DNA of 64,000 bases from Alphaproteobacteria bacterium (GCA_964291215.2 OZ219790.1:32001-96000), one strand, 5' to 3'; positions 17,911 through 29,112 are shown, numbered from the stretch's first letter. Notes: generated by a model not told the origin, from the sequence alone. Translations and numbers: made by a program.

Positions 17911-20900
17911 TTAAGCGGGCATCTCCGGCAGCGAACTCTCCGTCCCTATCGCTGCGAGTTCCGCGGCAAGATCGAGAACGCCTCCCAGACGATCTTGCGG
18001 CCGTGCCCACTCGGCGCGGTAGACCAGCGTATTGTCGGGCCGGATCCGACATCGTCCCTTCCCGTCGCTGACGAAGCCGAGCAGACCCTGGAGATTGGCG
18101 ACCGTATTGTCATGGAACGCGATTGTCGCTCCCTTGGGACCGGCGTCCAGCCTTTCGATGCCGGCGCGCCGGCAGGCCCGCTTGACGGCTACGACCTGAA
18201 GCAGGTTCTCGACCTCTTCGGGCAGGGCGCCGAAGCGGTCGATCAGTTCGGCCGCAAATCCCTCCTGCTCGCGAGCGTCGGCAATTCCGGCCATCCGCCG
18301 GTAGAGGCCGAGCCGCACGTCGAGATCCGCCACATATTGATCCGGTATGAGCACGGGAATACCGAGATTGATGGTCGGACTCCAGTCCCGGTCGGCGAAA
18401 TCGTCGCCTCCGCGAGCCGTCGCGACCGCCTCTTCCAGCATGTGCTGATAGAGCTCTACGCCGATTTCCCTGATGTGCCCCGATTGCTGGTCGCCGAGCA
18501 GGTTGCCGGCGCCGCGAATATCGAGATCGTAACTCGCAAGCCGGAAGCCTGCGCCGAGCGTATCGAGTGCCTGCATCGCTTCCAGGCGCTTCAGGGCGGC
18601 TTCTGTCAGCCTTCGCTTCGCCGGCAACAGCATGTAGCAATAGGCGCGAAGCCGGGAGCGTCCGATGCGGCCGCGCAGCTGATAGAGCTGGGCCAGCCCG
18701 TACATGTCCGCGCGATGGACGATCATCGTGTTGGCGGTCGGTATGTCGAGGCCCGATTCGACGATTTGGGTCGACAGGAGAAGGTTCACCGACTGGTCAT
18801 AGAAGGACGACATCACGTCTTCCAGCTGGTCAGACGGCATGCGCCCGTGGGCGATCGCGACATCGATTTCCGGCACCAGTTCCTTCAGTTCCGCCGCAAC
18901 CTCCTTCAGGTCCGATATCCGCGGGCAGACATAGAATGTCTGCCCGCCCCTGAAATGCTCGCGCATGATGGCTTCACGGATCATCACCGGGTCGTAGGGG
19001 GCGACGAAGGTACGGACGGCGAGCCGGTCGACGGGCGGCGTGCCGATGACGCTCATGTCACGGACCCCGGTCAGCGCCATCTGCAGGGTTCTCGGGATCG
19101 GCGTTGCCGAGAGCGTCAGCACGTGGACATTGGTCTTGAGGCGTTTCAGCGCCTCCTTCTGCCTGACCCCGAAGCGCTGTTCCTCGTCAACGACGATGAG
19201 ACCGAGATTGCGAAAACGAACAGAGTTCCCCAGGAGCGCGTGGGTGCCGATCACGACATCTATCCGACCATCCGCGAGGTCATGCCGGACCCCCCGCGCC
19301 TCCGGTTCGGCCATCAATCGGGAAAGCTGGGCGACGCTGATCGCCGTACCCTCGAAACGCTTGCTGAAGGTCGCGAAATGCTGGCGGCAGAGAAGCGTCG
19401 TCGGCGCGATGACCGCCACCTGCGCGCCGGACATCGCCGTCGCGAAGGCCGCCCGGAGCGCAACCTCGGTCTTGCCGAAGCCGACATCACCGCAGATCAC
19501 GCGGTCCATCGGCTTCCCGGAGCAGAGATCACCGAGCGCGTCTTCTATGGCCTCGATCTGGTCCTCGGTCTCGTCATAGGCGAAGCCTGCCGCGAACTGG
19601 CGGGTCATCTCGACGCCGGCGTCGAACACCGGAGCCGCCTTCACCGTCCGCTCTGCGGCGATCGTGATCAACTCGCCGGCAATTTCCCGCAAGCGTTCCT
19701 TCATCCTCGCCTTGCGCGCCTGCCAGGCCTGGCTTCCGAGGCGGTCGAGGGGCATCGTGGCATCGCCCGATCCGTATCGCGACAGCACGTCAATGTTCTC
19801 GACCGGAAGATAGAGCTTGGTGTTGCCGGCATAGGTAATGCGCAGGCAGTCATGAGGGGCGCCCGCGATGTCGAGGGTTTCCAGGCCCCCGTAACAGCCT
19901 ATGCCGTGCTCGATATGCACGACGAGATCGCCTTCCGAGATCTCGGAGATATCGGCGATGAACTGTTCCGTGCGCGCGCGCTTGCGGTCCGCACGCACGA
20001 TGCGTTCGCCAAGAACGTCCTGTTCGGTCAGCAGCGACAGCGCATCACCCCTGAAACCATGTTCGACGGGCAGCACCGTCAGCGCCACCGCTGCGGCCGG
20101 AAGGGCTGCAACTTCGCTCCAGCTGTCGACGCGGCAGAGGCCGCCGATTCCGCACTTCTCCAGGAGTTGGCCCAGGCGCTCGCAGGAACCCTGAGAAAGT
20201 CCCGCGATCACGAGCCGCCGCCCCTTCCTGATCTCGCGTTTCGCATAGGCGGCGAGCATGCCGTGCGGGCCGAGCCTTTCGGTGTCCGGTGCCGCCTGCG
20301 GCCCGTCCGCTCGGGCGAGGCTGAAGTCAGGCACGCGCAATCCACCGCAGGCAACGCTCTCCGTGTAGAGCGACATCGCAACCCCTTCCGGAGCGTTCAG
20401 CGGGCTGAACTGGCCGACCATGCGATCGGCAAGCACCCGCTCGAACTCGGCTGCGTCGAGATGAAGCAATTCGGGCCGCAACGGACGGTAGGGGGCGGTT
20501 TCCGCCATCACCCGTGAGGTTCGCGATTCGAGATAGGTCATCCGCGCGTCGAAATACTCGGTGATCGTTTCGAGCCTGGTATCCCGCAGCTGTTCGGTCT
20601 CATGGTCGAGCGTGACGGAGGCATCGGGGAGGTAGTCGAACAGTGTTTCCAGCCGCGTATGGAACAGCGGCAGCCAGTGTTCGATCCCGATCTGCCGCCG
20701 CCCCTCGCTGACGGCGACATAGAGCGGATCGTCGGCCACGTCGCCGAAACAGTCCCGGTATCCCGCGCGGAAACGCTGGATCGCCTCGGGATCCAGAAGC
20801 ACTTCGCTTGCGGGCCGGAGGTCCAAGCCGTCAAGGGCTGCGCCCGTGGTTCGTTGCGAGTGCGCGTCAAATGCGCGAATGGCCTGAAGATCGTCGCCGA

Positions 20901-21468
20901 AGAAGTCGAGCCGGAGCGGCAAATCCGCGCCCGGTGGAAATAGGTCGACAATGCCGCCGCGCACGGCAAACTCGCCGGGTTCGCGCACCGTTCCGGCACG
21001 CTCGAAGCCATTGCGCGCGAAGAAACTGTAGAGATCATCGTGCGCGACCGGAGTTCCGGTTTGCAGCTGCATCACCGAACCGTCGATCGTCTCGCGTGCG
21101 GGAAGGCGCTGCAGGATTGCATTTACCGAGGTGATGACCACCAGCGGTCGCGCCGGCACCGGGCGGGGGGCGGCGAGCGCCGCAAGCGTGGCGATGCGAC
21201 GCGCCACGACCTCCCGGTTCGGCGACACGCGGTCATAGGGGAGACAGTCCCACGCCGGAAAGAGCAGCACGTCAATATCCGGCGCAAAGAAGCGAAGCGC
21301 CACGGCCAGTGCATCCATGCGCCCGGCATCGCGCGCGATGTGGAGGTGGCGCCGGTGGCCGCCGACTTCCGCAAGCCGCTCCGCAAGCACCACGGCATCG
21401 TAACCCTCGGGCGCTCCGGCGAGCAGGAAGCGACCCCTCGCGGGAAAGAGTTCTCTGTTTTCAGGCAA
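17911..21468 (-). CDS. mfd: Transcription-repair coupling factor
   Basis: FPAWDCLPYDRVSP, CGDVGFGKTEVA, DEEQRFG, QLRGRIGR. Confidence 0.97.
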   Translation of the reverse strand: MPENRELFPARGRFLLAGAPEGYDAVVLAERLAEVGGHRRHLHIARDAGRMDALAVALRFFAPDIDVLLFPAWDCLPYDRVSPNREVVARRIATLAALAAPRPVPARPLVVITSVNAILQRLPARETIDGSVMQLQTGTPVAHDDLYSFFARNGFERAGTVREPGEFAVRGGIVDLFPPGADLPLRLDFFGDDLQAIRAFDAHSQRTTGAALDGLDLRPASEVLLDPEAIQRFRAGYRDCFGDVADDPLYVAVSEGRRQIGIEHWLPLFHTRLETLFDYLPDASVTLDHETEQLRDTRLETITEYFDARMTYLESRTSRVMAETAPYRPLRPELLHLDAAEFERVLADRMVGQFSPLNAPEGVAMSLYTESVACGGLRVPDFSLARADGPQAAPDTERLGPHGMLAAYAKREIRKGRRLVIAGLSQGSCERLGQLLEKCGIGGLCRVDSWSEVAALPAAAVALTVLPVEHGFRGDALSLLTEQDVLGERIVRADRKRARTEQFIADISEISEGDLVVHIEHGIGCYGGLETLDIAGAPHDCLRITYAGNTKLYLPVENIDVLSRYGSGDATMPLDRLGSQAWQARKARMKERLREIAGELITIAAERTVKAAPVFDAGVEMTRQFAAGFAYDETEDQIEAIEDALGDLCSGKPMDRVICGDVGFGKTEVALRAAFATAMSGAQVAVIAPTTLLCRQHFATFSKRFEGTAISVAQLSRLMAEPEARGVRHDLADGRIDVVIGTHALLGNSVRFRNLGLIVVDEEQRFGVRQKEALKRLKTNVHVLTLSATPIPRTLQMALTGVRDMSVIGTPPVDRLAVRTFVAPYDPVMIREAIMREHFRGGQTFYVCPRISDLKEVAAELKELVPEIDVAIAHGRMPSDQLEDVMSSFYDQSVNLLLSTQIVESGLDIPTANTMIVHRADMYGLAQLYQLRGRIGRSRLRAYCYMLLPAKRRLTEAALKRLEAMQALDTLGAGFRLASYDLDIRGAGNLLGDQQSGHIREIGVELYQHMLEEAVATARGGDDFADRDWSPTINLGIPVLIPDQYVADLDVRLGLYRRMAGIADAREQEGFAAELIDRFGALPEEVENLLQVVAVKRACRRAGIERLDAGPKGATIAFHDNTVANLQGLLGFVSDGKGRCRIRPDNTLVYRAEWARPQDRLGGVLDLAAELAAIGTESSLPEMPA

Positions 21469-21736
21469 TGTCTTGAAGGGTTTTTCTGAAGTTCTTCAGC
21501 ATGTGGAGGACATCATTGTCGAAACGCGGCGGTGGCGGTGCGATGTCGGCCACCCAGCCAAGCACATCCTGATCGTTCTGATCCAGCAGGGCCTCGAACC
21601 TGGCAAGCTGTTTGCCATTCATCCCGTCAAGGAAACCGGCAGCGAAGCCGCCAATGACCAGGTCGCTTTCCCTGGTGCCTCGCCTGAGGCTGCGGAACCG
21701 CAGCTTCCGGCGCAGCCTTTCAAGCGGTTCAGCCAT
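21461..21736 (-). CDS. sdhE: Succinate dehydrogenase assembly factor 2
   Basis: RRKLRFRSLRRGTRESDL; conserved position next to mfd and recG. Confidence 0.9.
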   Translation of the reverse strand: MAEPLERLRRKLRFRSLRRGTRESDLVIGGFAAGFLDGMNGKQLARFEALLDQNDQDVLGWVADIAPPPPRFDNDVLHMLKNFRKTLQDIA

Positions 21737-21856
21737 CGCCCCTCTGCCGGATTAGAAGCTATAATAGCAGGAAGGCCGGAAGCAGGGGAATCGTCGTTCT
21801 GCACCGGCGAGCGACGGGTTTCCGCGTCGATATCGCAACGGAATACCGGCCTTCGG

Positions 21857-23932
21857 ATGCGCCCTCAGATACTGTTTTCCTTGTTCAAGCCGGTCACCCG
21901 CCTCAAGGGGGTGGGGCCGCGTACTGCAAAACTTCTCGAAAACGTCGCCGGATCCCAGGTTCTCGACCTCCTCTGGCACCTGCCCGCCGGCATGGTCGAC
22001 CGCCGCCACGCTCCGCGCGTCGCAGACGCCGCACCCGGCACGGTGACAACGCTCACCGTTGTCGTCGGCGCCCACCAGCCGCCGCGCGAACGCCACCTGC
22101 CGTACCTGATCGACTGCCGCGACGATAGCGGTGAACTGGTGCTCGTGTTCTTCAACGGTCGGGACAGGCATCTGCTGGAGGAGCTGCCCCCGGGCGAGGT
22201 CCGGGTGGTCAGCGGAAAGATCGAGTCCTTCCGCGGCAAGCTCCAGATGACCCATCCGGACCGTATCGGAACCTTCGGGGAACTCGAGAGCATCCGCCGG
22301 ATCGAGCCCGTCTATCCGATGACAGCGGGCCTCGCGGCGGGTGTGTTGCGCCGCGCCCTCGATGCCGCGCTCGCAGAGGCACCGGATCTGCCCGAATGGC
22401 ACGATGCAGCATGGAAGAAACAGCGCCGATGGCCAGCTTGGAGGGAGGCGCTCAGGATAGCGCATGAACCGCGGACGGAAAGCGATCTCGCTCCGGACGG
22501 TGCGGTGCGGGAACGTCTTGCCTATGACGAACTTCTTGCCAACCAGCTCGCCCTGCTGCTCGTGCGCGCGCGCCAGCGGCCGGGGCGGAGGATTGCGGGC
22601 GACGGTTCGCTGCGCCGCCGCCTGATCGCGGAACTTCCTTTCAGACTTACCCCGTCCCAGGAGCAGGCGATCGGCGAGATCGGCGACGACATGGCGTCCG
22701 GCGCGCGCATGCTCCGTCTGCTGCAAGGCGACGTCGGTAGCGGAAAGACCCTGGTTGCCCTGATCGCCATGTTGGCTGCGGTGGAAGAGGGCGTCCAGGC
22801 CGCTCTCATGGTACCGACGGAACTCCTTGCCCGTCAGCACCATGCCACCATCGCCCCGCTGCTCGAGCCGCTCGATGTTCCCGCCGTGCTGCTGGCGGGA
22901 CGGAACGCCGGCGTTGGGAACGAGAAGATGCGTATAGCACTCTCTTCCGGCGCCTCGAAGATTACGATCGGAACCCATGCGTTGATCCAGAAGAGCGTGA
23001 GCTTTCACGATCTCGCGCTTGTCGTCGTCGACGAGCAACACCGCTTCGGCGTGCACCAGAGGCTTGCGCTTGCCGACAAGGGCACCGCCCCCGATGTCCT
23101 GGTGGTCACTGCGACACCGATTCCGCGAAGCCTTCTCATGACGGCCTATGGCGACTTGGCGGTTTCCCGGCTGACCGAGAAACCGGCTGGACGCCGGCGC
23201 GTCGAGACACGTGTCCTGCCGCTGTCGCGCCTTGATGGCGTGATCGCGCGTCTCGGAGACGCCATCGCCCGCGGAACCCGCGCCTATTGGGTCTGCCCAC
23301 TGGTTGAAGCCTCCGAGAAGACGGACCTTGCGGCAGCCACCGAACGACATGCGGCGCTCGCGAAACGCTTGGGCGCGCGCGTCGGCCTCCTCCATGGCCG
23401 CCTCGACAGCGTGCAGAAGGAGGCCGTGATGGCCGAGTTCGCGGCCGGCAGGATCGATATCCTGGTCTCGACAACCGTGATCGAGGTCGGCATAGACATT
23501 CCCGAGGCGACGATCATGGTCATCGAACACGCCGAGCGTTTCGGCCTCGCGCAGTTGCACCAGCTGCGGGGAAGGGTAGGGCGTGGCGAGGCCGGATCGA
23601 CATGCCTCCTCCTCTATGGCCGGTCGCCGGGACGCATGGCCGAGGCCCGTCTTCGCACGCTTCGGGACATCGATGACGGCCTTGTGATCGCGGAGAAGGA
23701 CCTTGCGTTGAGGGGCGCCGGCGAGGTGCTCGGAAACCGCCAGAGCGGGCTCCCCCGTTTCCGCATCGCCGATCCCGCCGTCCACGGCGACCTGGTCGCC
23801 GCTGCCCGTGATGACGCGCGCCTGATTCTTGAACGCGACCCGGAACTGGATTCCGAAAGGGGCCAGGCGCTGCGCATCCTGCTCTATCTCTTTGAGCGGG
23901 ATGCTGTCGTGAAGAACGTGCTTTCGGGATGA
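21857..23932 (+). CDS. recG: ATP-dependent DNA helicase RecG
   Basis: LQGDVGSGKT, DEQHRFG, QLHQLRGRVGRG. Confidence 0.97.
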   Translation: MRPQILFSLFKPVTRLKGVGPRTAKLLENVAGSQVLDLLWHLPAGMVDRRHAPRVADAAPGTVTTLTVVVGAHQPPRERHLPYLIDCRDDSGELVLVFFNGRDRHLLEELPPGEVRVVSGKIESFRGKLQMTHPDRIGTFGELESIRRIEPVYPMTAGLAAGVLRRALDAALAEAPDLPEWHDAAWKKQRRWPAWREALRIAHEPRTESDLAPDGAVRERLAYDELLANQLALLLVRARQRPGRRIAGDGSLRRRLIAELPFRLTPSQEQAIGEIGDDMASGARMLRLLQGDVGSGKTLVALIAMLAAVEEGVQAALMVPTELLARQHHATIAPLLEPLDVPAVLLAGRNAGVGNEKMRIALSSGASKITIGTHALIQKSVSFHDLALVVVDEQHRFGVHQRLALADKGTAPDVLVVTATPIPRSLLMTAYGDLAVSRLTEKPAGRRRVETRVLPLSRLDGVIARLGDAIARGTRAYWVCPLVEASEKTDLAAATERHAALAKRLGARVGLLHGRLDSVQKEAVMAEFAAGRIDILVSTTVIEVGIDIPEATIMVIEHAERFGLAQLHQLRGRVGRGEAGSTCLLLYGRSPGRMAEARLRTLRDIDDGLVIAEKDLALRGAGEVLGNRQSGLPRFRIADPAVHGDLVAAARDDARLILERDPELDSERGQALRILLYLFERDAVVKNVLSG

Positions 23933-24723
23933 ATTGCCCGGTCAGGCCGCTTTTCCCGGGGATCACCGCCATCCTCGATGCTCGGCCTGGCATCTGCGGT
24001 CACGATCGTCTTCAGGTCTCCCGATGCAGCGGCAACTCTCTTGACTTCCTTGACTTCCCGAGAACGGCGGTCGGGCGGGGTCACGATGCCGCCCGAAATC
24101 ACCATCTTGATGCCTTCCTCGACAGTCATATCGAGAACGACAAGCTCCCTTCGTGGCAGAAAGAGCAGATAACCCGAGGTCGGGTTCGGCGTCGTCGGCA
24201 GAAATACGTTCACAACATCGTCTTCGGTCAGGTTCTGCACCTCTCCCTCGGTCTGCCCGGTGATGAAGCCGAGGGCCCAACTGCCGCGCCGCGGATATTC
24301 GAACAGCACAACCTGCCGAAAGGCGTTCGATTGCTGTTGCAGGATTGTCTCGATGATCTGCTTTATTGCGCCGTAGATGTTGCGGACGACCGGCATCCGG
24401 GCGAGGACGGATTCGCTGATTCTCGTCCACAGACGTCCGAGCAGGCCGGCGGTGGCCCAGCCAACAAAGGTCAGGAAGAGGATTACGATGACGAGACCCA
24501 GCCCCGGAATGGCGAAGGGCAGGTAGTTTTCCGGGTTGTAGGCGTCGGGCAGCAGTGGCGTGATTTTCGAATCGACCCAGCGGATCAGCAGCCACGAGAT
24601 GTAGAACGTGATTACGATCGGCGCGGTGACGAGCACCCCGGCAAGAAAGTACCCGCGCAAGTGGCCGCCGAAATGGCCCCTTCTATGGTGACCGCCGTCC
24701 CGGTGTTGCGGCTGATCGCTCAT
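23884..24723 (-). CDS. DUF502 membrane protein
   Basis: VFLPTTPNPTSGYL. Confidence 0.9.
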   Translation of the reverse strand: MSDQPQHRDGGHHRRGHFGGHLRGYFLAGVLVTAPIVITFYISWLLIRWVDSKITPLLPDAYNPENYLPFAIPGLGLVIVILFLTFVGWATAGLLGRLWTRISESVLARMPVVRNIYGAIKQIIETILQQQSNAFRQVVLFEYPRRGSWALGFITGQTEGEVQNLTEDDVVNVFLPTTPNPTSGYLLFLPRRELVVLDMTVEEGIKMVISGGIVTPPDRRSREVKEVKRVAAASGDLKTIVTADARPSIEDGGDPREKRPDRAIHPESTFFTTASRSKR

Positions 24724-24780
24724 CTGGCTTCCCTTCCTCCGACCGCCTCCTCCGGGGGAGAGGCCGGGCAGGCCCCGAGA

Positions 24781-25428
24781 TTATTCGGCGCTCGCAGTCA
24801 GCGCGTCACGGTTGGCGAGGTCGAACAGCTTGGCGATGACTTCCGGTGCCTGGGCCCCCGAAATAGCATATCTGCGGTTGATGATGAAACTCGGTACGCC
24901 GTTGATCCCGAGTCTTCGCGCCAGGTCATCCTCGGCGACAATCTTGTCACTGTCGCGGCCGCTTTCGAGGAATTCCAGAACCTCTTCGCGGTCGAGGCCC
25001 GCGCTTTCTCCGATCCCGGCGAGCTCGGCCCTGTCGCCGATGTCCCGCCCGACTGAGAAATAGGCATGGAACAGCGCCTCGACAACCCGCGTCTGCAGGT
25101 CGAAAGCGGCGGCGAACCGAATGAGACGATGTGAATTCAATGTGTTTGGAATTCTGTTTATACGATTGAAATGGAATTCTATTCCTTCTTTATGCCCGGC
25201 CTCTTCGAGGGTCTGGAAAAGCGGGCGGGCCTTGTCCTTGCTGCCGAATTTGCAGACCGTGTAGAGATCTCGCTCCATGCCGGCCTCCGACATGTCCGGA
25301 TTGAGCTGGAAGGCCCGCCACCCGACCCGAAGATCATCCTGCGGGGACAGTTCGAGCGCGCGGCTGAAGCGCCGCTTGCCCACGTAACACCACGGGCAGA
25401 TGGTATCGATGACGATGTCGACGATCAT
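24781..25428 (-). CDS. DsbA/FrnE-family oxidoreductase
   Basis: DTICPWCYVGKRR, GINGVP, ISGAQ. Confidence 0.92.
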   Translation of the reverse strand: MIVDIVIDTICPWCYVGKRRFSRALELSPQDDLRVGWRAFQLNPDMSEAGMERDLYTVCKFGSKDKARPLFQTLEEAGHKEGIEFHFNRINRIPNTLNSHRLIRFAAAFDLQTRVVEALFHAYFSVGRDIGDRAELAGIGESAGLDREEVLEFLESGRDSDKIVAEDDLARRLGINGVPSFIINRRYAISGAQAPEVIAKLFDLANRDALTASAE

Positions 25429-25444
25429 CCCCGCCTCGCAGCTT

Positions 25445-26446
25445 TCATCGCCCTCCGGCGCCGTCCGGCGTACTGGCCTCGAGGTAGTGAAGCCCGAACA
25501 GATTTTCGGAATCGGTCCAGCATTTGCGGAATGCGAACCCGGCGCGGGTGCAAAGCCGCCGGAACTGCTGAATTGTGAACTTGTACGAGTTCTCGGTATG
25601 TATGTATTCGCCGGCATTGAAGAAGAACTCATTCGGGCCCACGGACGCACTTTGGTCGCGCTTGCTGATCAAACGCATTTCTATCTTGCCGTCCTTTTCG
25701 AGATAAGGGGCGTGATGGTCGAAACCGTCGACATCAAAGCTGCCGTCAAGTTCAGCGTTGATGCGATTGAGCAGGTTGAGATTGAATTTGGCCGTGACGC
25801 CGTCGGTATCGTTGTAGGCCGCATAGAGCGTGTCCGGGTTCTTCTTGAGGTCGGTCCCGATCAGGAGGCCGCCGTCGCCCCCGAGCATCGTCCTGATGCG
25901 CCGCAGCAGGGCGAGTGATTCCTCCGGATGGAAATTGCCTATCGTCGAACCGGGAAAGAAAGCGACGCGCTGCGCCCCGGGCCGGTTTTCCGGATTGGGG
26001 ATGTCGAACTTGCGGGTGAAGTCCGCGCACACCGCAAGTACGGACACCTCTGGATAGTCGCGCGCCAGGGCTTCGGCGCTTTCGACAAGGAACTCTCTCG
26101 AGATGTCGACAGCTGTGTACTGCGCAAGGTCCGGGATGGCATCGAGCAGCATCCTGATCTTGATGCTCGCGCCGCTCCCAAGCTCGATGAGATGGGCTCC
26201 GGGGCCGATCAGGCGGGAAATGTGTTCGGCATTGTCCCTGAGAAGCCCGATTTCAGTGCGGGTCGGATAGTAGGCGTCAAGCTCGCAGATCCGATCAAAA
26301 AGCCGCGAACCGCGTTCGTCGTAGAAGAACTTGCAGGGCAGGCTTTTGGGACTGTCGGAAAGGCCGGAGATCACCGCGGACTCGAAATCATCGATCCGGT
26401 GATCGCAATCAATGACCTGAACTGCACTTTGAGAATTGTTATACAA
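25445..26446 (-). CDS. egtD: L-histidine N-alpha-methyltransferase (ergothioneine biosynthesis)
   Basis: KSLPCKFFYDERGS, YYPTRTE, FFPGSTIGNF, IHTENSYKF. Confidence 0.95.
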   Translation of the reverse strand: MYNNSQSAVQVIDCDHRIDDFESAVISGLSDSPKSLPCKFFYDERGSRLFDRICELDAYYPTRTEIGLLRDNAEHISRLIGPGAHLIELGSGASIKIRMLLDAIPDLAQYTAVDISREFLVESAEALARDYPEVSVLAVCADFTRKFDIPNPENRPGAQRVAFFPGSTIGNFHPEESLALLRRIRTMLGGDGGLLIGTDLKKNPDTLYAAYNDTDGVTAKFNLNLLNRINAELDGSFDVDGFDHHAPYLEKDGKIEMRLISKRDQSASVGPNEFFFNAGEYIHTENSYKFTIQQFRRLCTRAGFAFRKCWTDSENLFGLHYLEASTPDGAGGR

Positions 26447-26933
26447 ACCGTTGTTTCCCTGATAGTTTCAACCTTTAGAGTGCCGAGTTTTCGATATGTC
26501 GAAGAGAGTGCGAACGCGGTTTCGCCGTTATCCCCTCCTGACGGGGCCGTGCTGCAGCAGCTTAGGCGGTAGCAAAAGACATGACAACCGCCCGCCTTGC
26601 AACAGGGCTTCTCCACGGCGAATGACCGCTGAACGGGGCACAAATTTCCGCATTCTTGCCAGGTTTTCCGGCTGCGGCGACCCGTGGACGGCCCCGCGGC
26701 CAGAAAACCCGGCAGGCTGTGCAACCTCGCTCCATCAGCAGTCGGCAAGATCGAATGCAGCGTGGGAAAGTCCTGCTCCACGGCGAACCCGTAACTCTCT
26801 GGCACCGCAGTCGACAGCCTTTTTCGGGCCAATGAGGGTTTGTCCGTTGCCGCAAACGGTGCGCGCGTCCCGTGATCATGATGACGCGCGCGGTCTCCGG
26901 GCTCGTGGCCGACTTCCGGCCGGTTCTTTCGCC

Positions 26934-28160
26934 TCAGCCTCCGTATCTGCTGCGGGCGGTGACAAATGTCAGGCAGGCGGCGGCCACGAACAGGCCGCAG
27001 ATCCAGAACACCCAGCTGCCGTTGAACGTGTCCATGGCGAAGCCGAGAATCAGTGGAATGAGGGCGCCTCCCAGGTTCGAGCCGGTGGACGCGAAACCCA
27101 TGACCTTGCCCATGGAACCTGGCGGAGTTACGGAACGCAGCAGCAGATCCCGCGACGGGATCAGCAGCCCGATCAGGTATCCAGATGCTGCGAGGAGCAG
27201 GGCAAGGGCGATTCCGCTGACGTTCTGCCATCCCAGGAACCAGATGATCGCAGCCGCGGGCACCAGCGTCGCGAGCGCGGTGGTGATTCGCGGCCCGAAC
27301 CGGTCGGCCACGAAGCCGCCGGAGAGAATCCCGAGAACGGATCCGATGGTGAACGTGGTCAGTGCTGTCGCAGCAATGATTGCTGGCGTGCCGTAAAGAT
27401 CGCCGAGCGCCGCCACGAGGAAGCTCCGGATGCCCCCGTTTCCCATTTGGTGCAGCACGAAATAGAGGAAGCACATCAGCACGGGCACCGACAGGAGCAG
27501 GCGCAGACCGCTTGTCGTCGACATCTTCGGCGTCGGAGATTGGGTCGCGGCGTTATCGCCGGTATCGCTGTCGCGGAGCGCGGCACTCTGGGTGAGCAGG
27601 AAGAGCGCCGCCACGAGACCGATGATCCCGATCAGCAGAAAGGCCGCCCGCCAGTGCCACAGCGCGGCAATCCCGGTCATGAACACTGGCGCCACAGCGA
27701 AGCCGATGTAGCCGGTAGCCGAGTGAATGGAAAAGGCGCGGCCCATCCGGCTCTCGCTGACCCGTGACGACAGGATGGCGTAATCTGCGGGATGGAAGAC
27801 AGTGTGACCGATGCCGGCGAGGGCGGCGAGAACAAGGAGTTGCCAGTAGGCGGTCGCCAACCCGAACAGGCCGATCGCCACGGCCTCGAGCGCGAGTCCG
27901 CCGATCAGGACCGACCGCGCACCCACACGGTCGACAATGAAACCGACCGGCGTCTGCACGATGAAGGTGGCGGTCGCAAACACCGTGGTCACGAGGGCGA
28001 TCCTCGTATAGGCGAGATCGCCGGACAGGCCGAACGCCTGAATCAGAATCAGGTACATTGGCGGGATCACCTGCCAGTAGGCATGACTCATCAGGTGCGG
28101 AAAACACACCAGGCTGATAATCCGTGCATCGCGGCCGAAGGCACCCGAAATCTGCGTCAA
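26934..28160 (-). CDS. MFS transporter
   Basis: IVDRVGAR, FHPADYAILS; about 12 hydrophobic segments. Confidence 0.9.
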   Translation of the reverse strand: MTQISGAFGRDARIISLVCFPHLMSHAYWQVIPPMYLILIQAFGLSGDLAYTRIALVTTVFATATFIVQTPVGFIVDRVGARSVLIGGLALEAVAIGLFGLATAYWQLLVLAALAGIGHTVFHPADYAILSSRVSESRMGRAFSIHSATGYIGFAVAPVFMTGIAALWHWRAAFLLIGIIGLVAALFLLTQSAALRDSDTGDNAATQSPTPKMSTTSGLRLLLSVPVLMCFLYFVLHQMGNGGIRSFLVAALGDLYGTPAIIAATALTTFTIGSVLGILSGGFVADRFGPRITTALATLVPAAAIIWFLGWQNVSGIALALLLAASGYLIGLLIPSRDLLLRSVTPPGSMGKVMGFASTGSNLGGALIPLILGFAMDTFNGSWVFWICGLFVAAACLTFVTARSRYGG

Positions 28161-28332
28161 CTGCTTACCTTTCCGTCTGTGCTGACAGGATAACCGGAAC
28201 CGTCAAAAGCCCGCAATGCGCGTTTCGCTGTCTTGCCCGGGCAGTGCGGTATTTCCCGGCTGCCGTTTGCAGTGTAATTTGTTCGCGCACGGATCGAACT
28301 CGGGAACCGCGGGTCACAAAGGGGATAACACC

Positions 28333-29085
28333 ATGGCTACAAACAAGTACGGCAAGGAGGCCGCCGAAGGCGTGATTGCGCTGCGCGAGGCATGGCACAC
28401 GAAGGATCATCCATTTTACATGGACTTCTTCCACGGCAAAATTGGTCTTGAGCCCATGGCCAGGCTGATGGCTCAGCACTATCAGCATGTCAGGCGGGTG
28501 TTGCCGAGCCTTGGAATCCTCTATTACAAGGGTCCGCCGGAAGCCCGCGAATTCGTGCTCGAGAACCTGGCTGAAGAAGAGGGGATGATTGCCGGACCGG
28601 GAGAGGACCGGGAGCCCCATGACCACATGGAACTGATATTCCGTTTCTGCAGAGCGGCGGGAATGACTGATGAAGAGGTTAAGGCAACCGAACAGCTCCC
28701 CGCGTGGCGAGCCCGCTCCTATTTCTATCTCAACACGGTGCAGGACATGCCGATCGGCGTGGTCCTGGCGATGCAGAGCACGCAGGAAGGGCAGCAGCCG
28801 GCGATTAACGGCGAGCGGACGCTGCCAGCGTTCGAGAAATACCATGGCTATGGCCCCGGCGCGCCCGAGATCGAGTTCTTCACCGAACATCACGTTGCCG
28901 ACGCTGACCATTCGAGCCGTCAGCTCCAGCTGGTCGAGGAACTGATCACCTCTCCGGAACTGCGCGACCAGGCGCTTGAAGTGGCCGAGACCCAGGTCAA
29001 GACACGCTGGGCCGGAATGAACGACATCTACCGGACGGCGGTCCTCGGAGAACGCGATCCGCTGCCGGCGGCGGTTGCCGCCTGA
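28333..29085 (+). CDS. Heme-oxygenase-like superfamily (PqqC/CADD/TenA-like) iron-containing redox enzyme
   Basis: HPFY, ENLAEEEG...HDH, QEGQ, FFTEHHVADADH (diiron-type ligand pattern). Confidence 0.78.
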   Translation: MATNKYGKEAAEGVIALREAWHTKDHPFYMDFFHGKIGLEPMARLMAQHYQHVRRVLPSLGILYYKGPPEAREFVLENLAEEEGMIAGPGEDREPHDHMELIFRFCRAAGMTDEEVKATEQLPAWRARSYFYLNTVQDMPIGVVLAMQSTQEGQQPAINGERTLPAFEKYHGYGPGAPEIEFFTEHHVADADHSSRQLQLVEELITSPELRDQALEVAETQVKTRWAGMNDIYRTAVLGERDPLPAAVAA

Positions 29086-29112
29086 GCGCCGGGCGCCCGA
29101 CCGGGCGTTCTG

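Noticed and set aside
17215-20517. 1100-aa + strand ORF, and similar ORFs at 7184-9139, 13586-15196 and 21752-23785
   Set aside because: Antisense shadows of mfd, the MmeI-like gene, the CoA ligase and recG in high-GC DNA; no recognisable motifs.
26450-26930. Long intergenic region upstream of egtD as a riboswitch
   Set aside because: I could not recognise any aptamer consensus by eye; an Rfam scan would be needed.
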